Source of the DNA: Desulfatiglandales bacterium
Lineage (GTDB): Bacteria > Desulfobacterota > DSM-4660 > Desulfatiglandales > Desulfatiglandaceae
DNA: 64,000 nt
Direction: 5' to 3'
Assembly (NCBI GenBank): GCA_963666345.1
Contig: OY762721.1
Span: 192,001-256,000 of the forward strand
Positions within the stretch are counted from its first letter, which is position 1. Each line of letters opens with the position of its first letter. Below, in pieces: positions 39,360-48,247 of the stretch. A program made the translations under genes and the position numbers. Below the pieces are notes generated by a model that had not been told where the DNA came from, did no database searches, and worked only from the letters and a program-made list of their open reading frames with translations.

Positions 39360-40256
39360 TTAATGCCCTCCCCTGTTTTCAAGCATCTCTTTTATAATGC
39401 CCCTGTCCCTGTGCCTTTCAAGTCCAAGCTCGCTTAAACCGGCTCCCAGACAAAGTCCCACAAGCTGGGTAAAAAAGAGCGCGGACGGCAGACGGGACTC
39501 CTTTTTCCGGTATTTCTTATCCACCACAAAGGGGTACAGGTAATATACGACCTGACAGTTGGGGCAGGCGTTTATTATGAAATCGGCACCGCTTTCTTTA
39601 AGGGCTGCGTATCTTAAGGCCACAAGCCTCCTGCCGACCTCCTCGTCAAAGGCCAGCATGGTTCCCCCACAGCAGCGTCTTTCATAGGCGAAATCGCATA
39701 TTGAAGCGCCGGTTATATCGATCAACCCCCTCAGCTTCCTATTGAAGGAATCACAGTCCATGCCGGGATGAAGGCTGAGAGGTCTCGAAGCATTACAAGG
39801 CTCCTGGATCGCGACCCTGACATCGATATCATCCCTTTTCAGTTCCCCTATTTTTTCAAAAAGCCCCTTTTGAGTGAGAAATTCCACTATGTGCATTACA
39901 TTGAAATTCTCATCCGGTTTGTATTCAAGCCCCTCTTTTCCCAGGACCTCGTTTATCTCCGAGAGCCGTTCACCTTCTTCCATCTCCTTTTTGGCCCTCA
40001 AAAGCTCGAAGGTACAGCTTCCGCACAGGGCCACCAGGGTGTTTACGCCATGTGATTGCGCAATAGCAAGATTTCTGGCACTGAGTGCCGTCAGGGCCTT
40101 CTCATCCACGGACTCGAGCACCTGGGAGCCGCAGCAGGTGAATTCAGGTATGAACATGCCTTTAAGGCCCAGTTTTTCGAGGATAACGTAGGCCGATTTT
40201 TCATATTCAGGGTATCTGTAGGTTACAAGGCATCCCGGGAATATAGCCAGAGTCAT
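39360..40256 (-). CDS. Heterodisulfide reductase subunit B-like protein (two CCG domains)
   Basis: FPGC...CCG...CGSC and EPC...CCGG...CPNC. Confidence 0.88.
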   Translation of the reverse strand: MTLAIFPGCLVTYRYPEYEKSAYVILEKLGLKGMFIPEFTCCGSQVLESVDEKALTALSARNLAIAQSHGVNTLVALCGSCTFELLRAKKEMEEGERLSEINEVLGKEGLEYKPDENFNVMHIVEFLTQKGLFEKIGELKRDDIDVRVAIQEPCNASRPLSLHPGMDCDSFNRKLRGLIDITGASICDFAYERRCCGGTMLAFDEEVGRRLVALRYAALKESGADFIINACPNCQVVYYLYPFVVDKKYRKKESRLPSALFFTQLVGLCLGAGLSELGLERHRDRGIIKEMLENRGGH

Positions 40257-40266
40257 AATTCACCAT

Positions 40267-40677
40267 CTATGTCCTATATCTGCGAATATTTTCAAAAAAG
40301 GAACTCATGCCGCAGCTGATTTTTTTCAGATCCAGTTCAGGCAGACCGAGCGCATTCCTCTCCTGATTGGTATCATCGTCCACAGGGAAGAGAAAGCCTC
40401 TTTCTTTCAAAAGCCTGATATACTTGAGCAGCCTTTCCCCACCCTTGAATCCGTTAGCAATTTTCAACCTTCTGATCGCGAACATCTTATCGCGGGGGCT
40501 CAAGGCCTCGGGGCAGTTATCCGTGCACAGATGACAGGAACAGCAGAGCCATGGATTTATCTCCTTTTCAAAGAAGAGATCACTCAGGACCCTGTCCGGC
40601 TCGATCTCTTCTATGGGACAAATCCTGCTGCAGGTACCGCACTGCTGACATGTGACATCGTTCATCTCCATATCCAT
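40267..40677 (-). CDS. HdrC-like 2x[4Fe-4S] protein
   Basis: CQQCGTCSRICP and WLCCSCHLCTDNCP; directly upstream of the HdrB-like gene. Confidence 0.85.
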   Translation of the reverse strand: MDMEMNDVTCQQCGTCSRICPIEEIEPDRVLSDLFFEKEINPWLCCSCHLCTDNCPEALSPRDKMFAIRRLKIANGFKGGERLLKYIRLLKERGFLFPVDDDTNQERNALGLPELDLKKISCGMSSFFENIRRYRT

Positions 40678-40741
40678 CCTTTCCGATACGTTGGGGAATA
40701 TAAAGGCTGGGCAAAGTTAAGGCAAGAAATATCGAAAAAAA

Positions 40742-41059
40742 TCATCCGCCCCTGACCCTGAAACGCGGCCTTTGAATGTGGGTGCCCCTGCACTTCGGGC
40801 ACCGCCCCGGTTCCGTAAAACGGGTTCTTTTTGCAAAGATAAAACCGCACCCGATACACCTTGAAGGAATTATCTCAACCTTTGCGCCCGATGCCGTCAG
40901 AGAACGGTTTACCTTCGGCAGATGATCGTAGACCTCTTTCTCCCCGATTCCTATCCGCCGGGACAGGTCCATGGCGCTCATTTCCTCATCCTGCAAAAGA
41001 CGCATGATCTGTTTTCTTATGCTCTCCGCCCGATCGCTCATGACGGATGATTCTTTCAC
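40742..41059 (-). CDS. HTH plus Zn-ribbon predicted transcriptional regulator
   Basis: SAMDLSRRIGIGEKEVYDHL, CIGCGF, PGRCPKC. Confidence 0.8.
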   Translation of the reverse strand: MKESSVMSDRAESIRKQIMRLLQDEEMSAMDLSRRIGIGEKEVYDHLPKVNRSLTASGAKVEIIPSRCIGCGFIFAKRTRFTEPGRCPKCRGTHIQRPRFRVRGG

Positions 41060-41211
41060 ACATCTTGAGCAGGTTCAAGAGGGACTGATTTTTTTCTTGT
41101 ACAAACAAGCTTTGAGCTGATAGTTAATTTTGGTTATCCAAATTCTGCAGCTTTTTAATGATGGAAAACCGGAGTGGATTCATTAAGTTTTGTCGGATGG
41201 AGGAATACCGG

Positions 41212-41601
41212 ATGAAGGCACTGGGCAGGCATGTTCTGGTGGAGATGTACGGCTGCGATCAACTCATTTTGAACGACAGGGAGTCGGTACGGAACTCGAT
41301 GCTCAAGGCGGCCCGGCAATCAGGCGCCACCATAATGGGCGATTCCTTCCATGATTTCATGCCTCACGGAATCAGCGGAGTTGTGGTAATTGCAGAATCG
41401 CACCTGTCAATACACACCTGGCCCGAATATGGTTTCGCGGCCCTTGACCTTTTCACCTGCGGTGATGAAGTGGATCCGTGGCAGGCATTTGAGCATCTGC
41501 GTGAGGCGTTTAAGGCCGATCACTCCTCACAGATAGAAATCAAACGGGGGCAGTTCCCTCTAGAAAAAGACACCCGGCGACCCTACAAGCCGGATATCTG
41601 A
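41212..41601 (+). CDS. speD: S-adenosylmethionine decarboxylase proenzyme
   Basis: [12 protein letters not shown] cleavage site, DLFTCG; GGAGG RBS before ATG 41212. Confidence 0.95.
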   Translation: MKALGRHVLVEMYGCDQLILNDRESVRNSMLKAARQSGATIMGDSFHDFMPHGISGVVVIAESHLSIHTWPEYGFAALDLFTCGDEVDPWQAFEHLREAFKADHSSQIEIKRGQFPLEKDTRRPYKPDI

Positions 41602-41743
41602 ACCATACTGCCATTTACAGGTGTACGGTCCTGTGCACGACAAGAGGGGGTTTTCTTCGGGCATTGCAAGTTTTAAGCGACTGCTTCGGCCCTTTTTCCC
41701 GTCCTGCTTCATACAAACAATCGGATGGTCGAAGGATAGGATA

Positions 41744-42592
41744 ATGGATCAACAACACTGGTATACAGAGCTCGAAAATGAAAGCTACGGCATAACAATA
41801 CGGATCGACCGGCAGATATTTAAAGCTGACACGGGTATCCAGCAGATAGAGATATTTGAAAACAGGGACCTGGGAAGGGTCCTTGTCCTTGACGGCTGCA
41901 TAATGCTTACGGAAAAGGACGAGGCCGCATACCATGAAATGCTAGTTCACCCTGCCCTGCTTTCCCATCCGGACCCTCAACAGATACTCATCATAGGCGG
42001 AGGCGACGGCGGAACGCTCAGGGAAGTTGTCAAACATGGGGAGGTGAAAAAGGCGGTCGTCTGCGAAATCGACAAAGCCGTGATCGAGAACAGCATCAAG
42101 CACCTTCCCTTCACGGCGGCCGCATTTGATTCCCCCAGGGCCGAGATACATATCGGAGACGGAATAAGGTACGTGGATGATCACCCGGGATCATTCGATA
42201 TAATAATAGTCGATTCCACGGACCCGGTCGGCATGGCGGAAGGCCTTTTCAGGGCACCCTTTTACAGGAGCTGCCTCAAGGCCCTTAAAACAGGGGGAGT
42301 GTTTGTGCAGCAGTCTGAATCACCATTTTTTGAATTTGATTCATGGCGGCGCATATTCAGGGAGCTTGGATCGGTTTTCACGGACGTATTTCCCTATTGC
42401 GCGGGAGTACCGATGTATCTGAGCGGATTCTGGACCTTCGCCTTTGCATCAACCCGGATCGACCCATGGAGATTCTTTGACAAAAAACGGGCGTTTCAAC
42501 TGCCCGAGCTGCGATATTACACGCCTCAAATGCAGCAAAAGGCATTCTGTCTTCCAGGTTTTGCCGAAAGAGGTATAAATAATAACGCCTAG
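41744..42592 (+). CDS. speE: Spermidine synthase / polyamine aminopropyltransferase
   Basis: YHEMLVH, IIGGGDGG, DIIIVDSTDPVG; start at ATG 41744. Confidence 0.95.
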   Translation: MDQQHWYTELENESYGITIRIDRQIFKADTGIQQIEIFENRDLGRVLVLDGCIMLTEKDEAAYHEMLVHPALLSHPDPQQILIIGGGDGGTLREVVKHGEVKKAVVCEIDKAVIENSIKHLPFTAAAFDSPRAEIHIGDGIRYVDDHPGSFDIIIVDSTDPVGMAEGLFRAPFYRSCLKALKTGGVFVQQSESPFFEFDSWRRIFRELGSVFTDVFPYCAGVPMYLSGFWTFAFASTRIDPWRFFDKKRAFQLPELRYYTPQMQQKAFCLPGFAERGINNNA

Positions 42593-42770
42593 TTTCTTAA
42601 GTCGAAGATATCGCGCTTCTGCCTGCCGGTAAATCCCTTTTTCTGCCCGTTAATATAACCGGATCACCTGCCCCGGGAGATCCTCTTTGATTCGGCAGGC
42701 GTGAAGCCTCAGGGCTTAAAAGGGGTTCTTACCGAAGATCCCGCCGGGGGGATTCCCTTTTACCACCAGG

Positions 42771-45700
42771 TTGCAGGAAGACCATATAACCGGGCTCATC
42801 CATGAACCGGGAGTAAATGAAAGGCTGTCAGCTTTGCCGCATATGAAAGACATCGAAAAGATACGTTCCCTTATACCGGATCTTATGATCAGTGACAGGG
42901 GCTTGATCCTTAAGGGCCTCAAAAGGCTGAAGAGCAAAAGCAGGAACGCTGGAAAACCGGAACACGCACGCGTCCTTCTAAGGAGTCTTCTCAGGAAGGC
43001 GGAGTCCTCGGTCGCCAAGGCGGAAAAACGCCTCAGGCTTAAACCTCACATAGATATCCCCCAAGCCCTACCGATATCCTCCAGAACCAGGGAGATCGTA
43101 GACACCATAAAAAAGAACCGGGTTGTCATTATAGCCGGTGACACCGGTTCCGGCAAAAGCACCCAGATCCCGAAGATGTGTCTCAAGGCGGGTCAAGGCG
43201 TTAGAGGCATAATCGGCTGCACGCAGCCCAGGAGGATCGCCGCCACTACTATTGCCGGACGCATAGCAGAAGAGCTCGGAGAGGATATCGGCAGGTCGGT
43301 CGGCTACAGGATCAGATTCAAGGACAGGACAAGCCCGGGGGCGTATATCAAGATGCTCACAGACGGCATGCTTCTTGCCGAGGCACAGAGGGACCCTTTT
43401 CTAAACGATTACGACACGGTCATCGTTGATGAAGCGCATGAAAGAAGCCTCAATATAGATTTCATCCTGGGGATACTCAAGAGGCTTCTGAAAAAGAGAA
43501 AAAACCTGAAGGTCATAATCACCTCTGCTACAATAGATACCGGAAAATTTTCAGCCGCCTTTGACAGTGCACCGGTAATCGAGGTGTCCGGGCGCATGTA
43601 CCCTGTGGACCTTGAATACATGCCGCCTGATGAGACGTCAGGGGATTCTGAAGAGCTCACATATGTCGACAGGGCATTAGAGGCGGTTGAAAAGGTGAGG
43701 AAAGAGAGCCTGTTCGGCGGAATCCTCATCTTCATGCCGACCGAGCGGGATATCCTCGAGACGTGTGAGCGGCTCAAGGGAAGAAAATATACGGAAACCC
43801 TTATCCTCCCGCTCTTTGCAAGACTTCCAGCCTCAAGGCAGAAAAGGATCTTTTCATCCTTTGCCGGACAGAAGATAATCGTTGCCACAAATGTTGCGGA
43901 GACATCCCTGACCGTGCCGGGCATAAGGTATGTTATCGATACCGGACTTGCCAGGATTTCCAGATATACCCCGAGAACCAGGACTACCAGCCTTCCGATA
44001 AGCCCGATATCGATAAGCAGCGCTGATCAGAGAAAAGGCAGATGCGGAAGGGTGGAAAAGGGAAAATGCATAAGGCTCTATTCAGAGGAGGATTACCTGT
44101 CAAGGATCGAATTCACCCCTCCCGAGATACTCAGGGCGAATCTTGCCGAGGTCATACTTCGCATGATCTCTCTAAAGCTGGGAGATATCGCCTCGTTTCC
44201 TTTCATAGACAAACCCGGAGGCAGGAGCGTAAAAGACGGATTCGACCTTCTCATGGAGCTGGGCGCACTTGAAAAAGCGGGTAATCGTTACCTCCTCACT
44301 GAAAAGGGAAAATCCATGGCACGCATGCCTCTTGACCCTAAAATATCCAGGATGATGATAGAGGCTCAAAAAGAGGGCTGCATAAAAGAGGCGGCAGTGA
44401 TAGCCTCGGCCCTCAGCATACAGGACCCGAGAGAGCGGCCGCTTGAAGCGGCAGGTGAAGCGGACAGGGCGCATGAGGTCTTCACGGATCATACCTCCGA
44501 TTTCATGAGCCTCCTGAATATCTGGAACAGCTACCACGCATCGCTGAAAAAACTCAGGACCCAGAACAGGATGAGGAGGTTCTGCAGGGAGCATTTTCTC
44601 TCTTTTGCAAGGATAAAAGAGTGGCGCGATATCCATGATCAGATAATCTCCATACTTAAGGAGCAGGGCATAAACCCCGATTCAACCATAAACGGCACGC
44701 CTGAGGCCCTTTACCAGGGGGTTCACAAGACGATCCTGAGCGGGTTTCTCTCCAATATCGCTCTCAAAAAGGAGAAGTATATATACGGCGCGGCAAAAGG
44801 CAGGGAAGTGATGCTGTTTCCCGGGTCAGGCCTTTTCAAGAAACCGCCTGCCTGGATAGTGGCGGCGGAAATGGTCAAGACGTCCAGGCTTTTCGCCAGG
44901 ACCGCCGCCCGGATAGACCCCGGCTGGCTGGAAGCGCTCGGAAAAGGCCTTTGCAGGTACAGCTATTCCGATCCCCACTGGGAGAAAAGCAGGGGCGAGG
45001 TGGTGGCATCTGAACAGGTAAGCCTTTACGGTCTTATTATTATCGAAAAAAGACCTGTATCCTACGGCCCGATAGACCCGGAAAAATCAGCCGGAATCTT
45101 CATGGAACAGGCCCTTGTATCCGGAAACATCAAGGGAAATTTCCCGTTTCTAAAACACAACCTGGAGCTCGTAAACAGGATAACGGAAATGGAGGCCAAG
45201 GTCAGGCGCAGAAACATACTTGCGGATGAAGACAGGATGGCTCGATTTTACGAGGAGCGGCTTGGCAGGATCTACAGCTCAAGATCCCTGGCCGCCCTTA
45301 TCAGGAAGACAGGTGACGACGCATTCCTCAGGATGAGCGAAAAGGACCTTGTCACGGCCTATCCTGAAGATTCCGAACTTGATCAGTACCCGGATCATCT
45401 GAAGATCGGCAAGGCAAGATTCAGTTTTACCTACAGATTCGCGCCGGGCGCTGAAGAAGACGGGGTAACCATAAACATCCCTTCAAGTCTCGCGTCCCAG
45501 GTGCCGCCTGACAAACTCGAATGGACGGTCCCCGGGCTTTTCAGAGAAAAGGTGACCGCCCTTATAAAGGGGCTCCCCAAGCGGTACAGGCGCAGACTCG
45601 TGCCCGTATCCAGGAGCGTGGACATAATCCTGTCGGAGATGGAAAAGCAGGACATACCTCTTAAGATTGCCTTGAGCAGGTTTATATATAACAGATTCGG

Positions 45701-46763
45701 CACGGACATCCCGCCTGAACAATGGCCTGACAAAGGCCTGCCCGAACACCTCAAGATGAGGGTTTCCATAATAGATCATAAGGGGAAGGAGATAACCTCG
45801 GCCCGGGATTCACGCATTCTTTCGACAAAGGGATTCGGAGGCAGGCCCGAAGAACTCGACTCGTGGAAGGCGGCCGTGGAAAAGCTTGAAATCTCCGGCA
45901 TCACGAAATGGGATTTTGACGCCCTGCCGGAGAGGATAGACATCGACTCATCACTTGCCGCCTACCCCGCCCTCACCCCTGAAGGTGACGCCCTTTCAAT
46001 AAGGCTTTTTTCAGATAGAAACAAGGCGGAAACAACCCACAGGGAAGGAATGGGAAGGCTCTTTGAGATCCATTTCAGAAAGGAAATCAAATTCATTAAA
46101 AGGATACTTGTCTTCCCCGCAAATATAAATGAGCCATGTGAAATTCTGGGAGGCAAAAAGGACCTTGAGGCCTCCCTTCTCGTAAGTCTCACGAGCCGCC
46201 TCTTTAAAAAGGATTTCAGGAGCCGGGATGAATTCGATTTACACGCGCAAAAGATTTCCCCCCTGCTTTTGACGGAGGCAAAAGAGCTCCTTGACGCCTC
46301 GATAGACGTGGTGAGCGCGTATGCGGATACCAGGGGGTGCCTTTATTCACTTGAAAAATCAAACAGAAAAAACAATCCCGCGCTCCTTCTTTGCTCTCAG
46401 CTTCGCGATGAACTTGAAGAGCTTGTTCCGAAGCGCTTTCCTGAAAAATATCTGCCTGAAAGGCTCGCGCAGATTCCCCGTTATACAAGGGCCATATCCA
46501 TAAGGGCCGAGCGGGCCGTAAACGATCTTGAAAAAGACAAAAACAAGGCAATTAAGATAACCCCTTTCATATCTGTCTTAAGGGGAATGCAAGACGGCAT
46601 TTCAGAGCATGCCTCGGAGGGAAAAAGGAGTGCGGTCAAATCCTTTCGCTGGATGATCGAGGAGCTGAAGGTCTCGATCTTCGCGCAGGAGTTAAGGACC
46701 CCTTACCCGGTTTCCGAAAAGCGGCTCATTAAAATGGCGGATGAAATAAACCGTATGCTCTGA
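42771..46763 (+). CDS. hrpA: ATP-dependent RNA helicase HrpA
   Basis: GDTGSGKS, TQPRR, DEAHERS, SAT, QRKGRCGR, C-terminal EELKVSIFAQEL; start may be ATG 42843. Confidence 0.95.
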   Translation: MQEDHITGLIHEPGVNERLSALPHMKDIEKIRSLIPDLMISDRGLILKGLKRLKSKSRNAGKPEHARVLLRSLLRKAESSVAKAEKRLRLKPHIDIPQALPISSRTREIVDTIKKNRVVIIAGDTGSGKSTQIPKMCLKAGQGVRGIIGCTQPRRIAATTIAGRIAEELGEDIGRSVGYRIRFKDRTSPGAYIKMLTDGMLLAEAQRDPFLNDYDTVIVDEAHERSLNIDFILGILKRLLKKRKNLKVIITSATIDTGKFSAAFDSAPVIEVSGRMYPVDLEYMPPDETSGDSEELTYVDRALEAVEKVRKESLFGGILIFMPTERDILETCERLKGRKYTETLILPLFARLPASRQKRIFSSFAGQKIIVATNVAETSLTVPGIRYVIDTGLARISRYTPRTRTTSLPISPISISSADQRKGRCGRVEKGKCIRLYSEEDYLSRIEFTPPEILRANLAEVILRMISLKLGDIASFPFIDKPGGRSVKDGFDLLMELGALEKAGNRYLLTEKGKSMARMPLDPKISRMMIEAQKEGCIKEAAVIASALSIQDPRERPLEAAGEADRAHEVFTDHTSDFMSLLNIWNSYHASLKKLRTQNRMRRFCREHFLSFARIKEWRDIHDQIISILKEQGINPDSTINGTPEALYQGVHKTILSGFLSNIALKKEKYIYGAAKGREVMLFPGSGLFKKPPAWIVAAEMVKTSRLFARTAARIDPGWLEALGKGLCRYSYSDPHWEKSRGEVVASEQVSLYGLIIIEKRPVSYGPIDPEKSAGIFMEQALVSGNIKGNFPFLKHNLELVNRITEMEAKVRRRNILADEDRMARFYEERLGRIYSSRSLAALIRKTGDDAFLRMSEKDLVTAYPEDSELDQYPDHLKIGKARFSFTYRFAPGAEEDGVTINIPSSLASQVPPDKLEWTVPGLFREKVTALIKGLPKRYRRRLVPVSRSVDIILSEMEKQDIPLKIALSRFIYNRFGTDIPPEQWPDKGLPEHLKMRVSIIDHKGKEITSARDSRILSTKGFGGRPEELDSWKAAVEKLEISGITKWDFDALPERIDIDSSLAAYPALTPEGDALSIRLFSDRNKAETTHREGMGRLFEIHFRKEIKFIKRILVFPANINEPCEILGGKKDLEASLLVSLTSRLFKKDFRSRDEFDLHAQKISPLLLTEAKELLDASIDVVSAYADTRGCLYSLEKSNRKNNPALLLCSQLRDELEELVPKRFPEKYLPERLAQIPRYTRAISIRAERAVNDLEKDKNKAIKITPFISVLRGMQDGISEHASEGKRSAVKSFRWMIEELKVSIFAQELRTPYPVSEKRLIKMADEINRML

Positions 46764-46895
46764 AAGGTTGAATGGATAAAAAAGGCCCTTATATTTTCAT
46801 GGCTCCCGGCTCAGATTTGACATATAATAACGGAATCGATTTTATATGGCCCTTTTACTTTTATTAGCCTGCCGATACCAAGGAGGGTAAGAGAT

Positions 46896-47789
46896 ATGGA
46901 AAAATTCGACCTAGTCACCGATAGCACGAAAACACCCGCCTGCACTGATACCGGAAACACCTACTCATGTTATGCCTGCAAGACTTGCGTATCGGTCTGC
47001 CCGATAAATATAGGCTCAGGCAAGACACGCCTCCAGCCGGCGGTCATAGTAAGGATGGCCAATATGGGCATGCATGATCAGGTCCTGCGGCTGCCGGAAC
47101 TCTGGTACTGTCTTTCCTGCGACCGCTGCAGCGCCCTCTGTCCCATGAACGCAAACCCCTCTCAATTGATCTCTTCACTGAGAAAAGAGGCTTTCAGCAG
47201 CGGCATAATCGATAAAGGCTCCGTGCAACAGTTGGAAAGGCTTGTATACCGTTTTCCAAGGGCCCTCTGGCATGCGGCGTATCTATGCATAAAAGGAGAA
47301 GACCCGGCACCCATAGCCGGGGACTTCGATCACTGGACCGATCAGCCGGTAATCCATAACCGGGACCCACTGTTAGTGCAAAAGGAATCTTCCGGGACTC
47401 CTCATTTCAGAAACGAGGCTGCGGATTATTTCGGTCTTTCATCCAGCCTGCTTTCCTGCCTGACATGCAGTGAGTGCAGTAATGCCTGCCCGATTTCATC
47501 TCTTAGAAAGGCCTTTGATCCTCTTTTCATATTCCGCATGGCGGCACTCGGAATGGAAAACGAACTTCTCAGTTCCCCGTCCCTCTGGATATGCCTTTCA
47601 TGTCAGTCATGCACCAACGCCTGCAGACAGGGGGTTAAAGGTCACCTGCTGATTGAAAAGCTGAAATATCTGGCTGTGAGCAAGGGGATACTGGAAAAGG
47701 GTTTTCTGGAGCGCTGGAGGGGGATAAGGGCCAGGTTATACGACAGACTGCTTGAAAAGATGGACCATATAACAGGTCTTGGCACCTGA
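46896..47789 (+). CDS. Tandem HdrC-like protein with four 4Fe-4S motifs
   Basis: CYACKTCVSVCP, CLSCDRCSALCP, CLTCSECSNACP, CLSCQSCTNAC; AGGAGG RBS. Confidence 0.85.
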   Translation: MEKFDLVTDSTKTPACTDTGNTYSCYACKTCVSVCPINIGSGKTRLQPAVIVRMANMGMHDQVLRLPELWYCLSCDRCSALCPMNANPSQLISSLRKEAFSSGIIDKGSVQQLERLVYRFPRALWHAAYLCIKGEDPAPIAGDFDHWTDQPVIHNRDPLLVQKESSGTPHFRNEAADYFGLSSSLLSCLTCSECSNACPISSLRKAFDPLFIFRMAALGMENELLSSPSLWICLSCQSCTNACRQGVKGHLLIEKLKYLAVSKGILEKGFLERWRGIRARLYDRLLEKMDHITGLGT

Positions 47790-47853
47790 GGGTTTCTTAT
47801 AGGCCTTTTCACTTGGATCCCGCACCCCTTGAATCCTTGTCCCCTTTTATATG

Positions 47854-48237
47854 CTAGGTATAAGCTATTGCGTCCATTTCAAGCCGTATGCCGAGCGGCA
47901 GCCCGGCCGCCTCAATGCACGTCCTGGCGGGAAGTACCCCTTTGAAATATCTTTTGTAAACATTGTTAAACCTCACATATTCCTTCATATTTATCAGATA
48001 AACCGTTACCTGAAGAACCTTTTCAAGAGATGAGCCCGCGTCCTCCAGGATTATCTTCATGTTTTCAATGGCAAGCCCCGCCTCCTCCTCGATGGTTCCC
48101 AGGCTGAGCCGGTTGGTGCAGGGATCGATCGCTCCCTGCCCCGAAACATACACAATACCCTTGTGTATGACCGCCTGTGAGTAGGGCCCCCCGATGATCG
48201 CGGCCCTTTCGGTTAAAAACGCCCTTTTTTCATCCAT
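47854..48237 (-). CDS. RidA/YjgF family enamine-imine deaminase
   Basis: GPYSQA, VSGQ, FNNVY, PARTC, LP....LEMDAIA. Confidence 0.92.
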   Translation of the reverse strand: MDEKRAFLTERAAIIGGPYSQAVIHKGIVYVSGQGAIDPCTNRLSLGTIEEEAGLAIENMKIILEDAGSSLEKVLQVTVYLINMKEYVRFNNVYKRYFKGVLPARTCIEAAGLPLGIRLEMDAIAYT

Positions 48238-48247
48238 AAGCCACTCC

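Noticed and set aside
24876..47789. Selenoproteins among the redox genes near selC
   Set aside because: No in-frame TGA at a Cys-motif position in the Ior, FrhB-like, Hdr-like or radical SAM genes; the TGA stops I checked fall at natural C-termini
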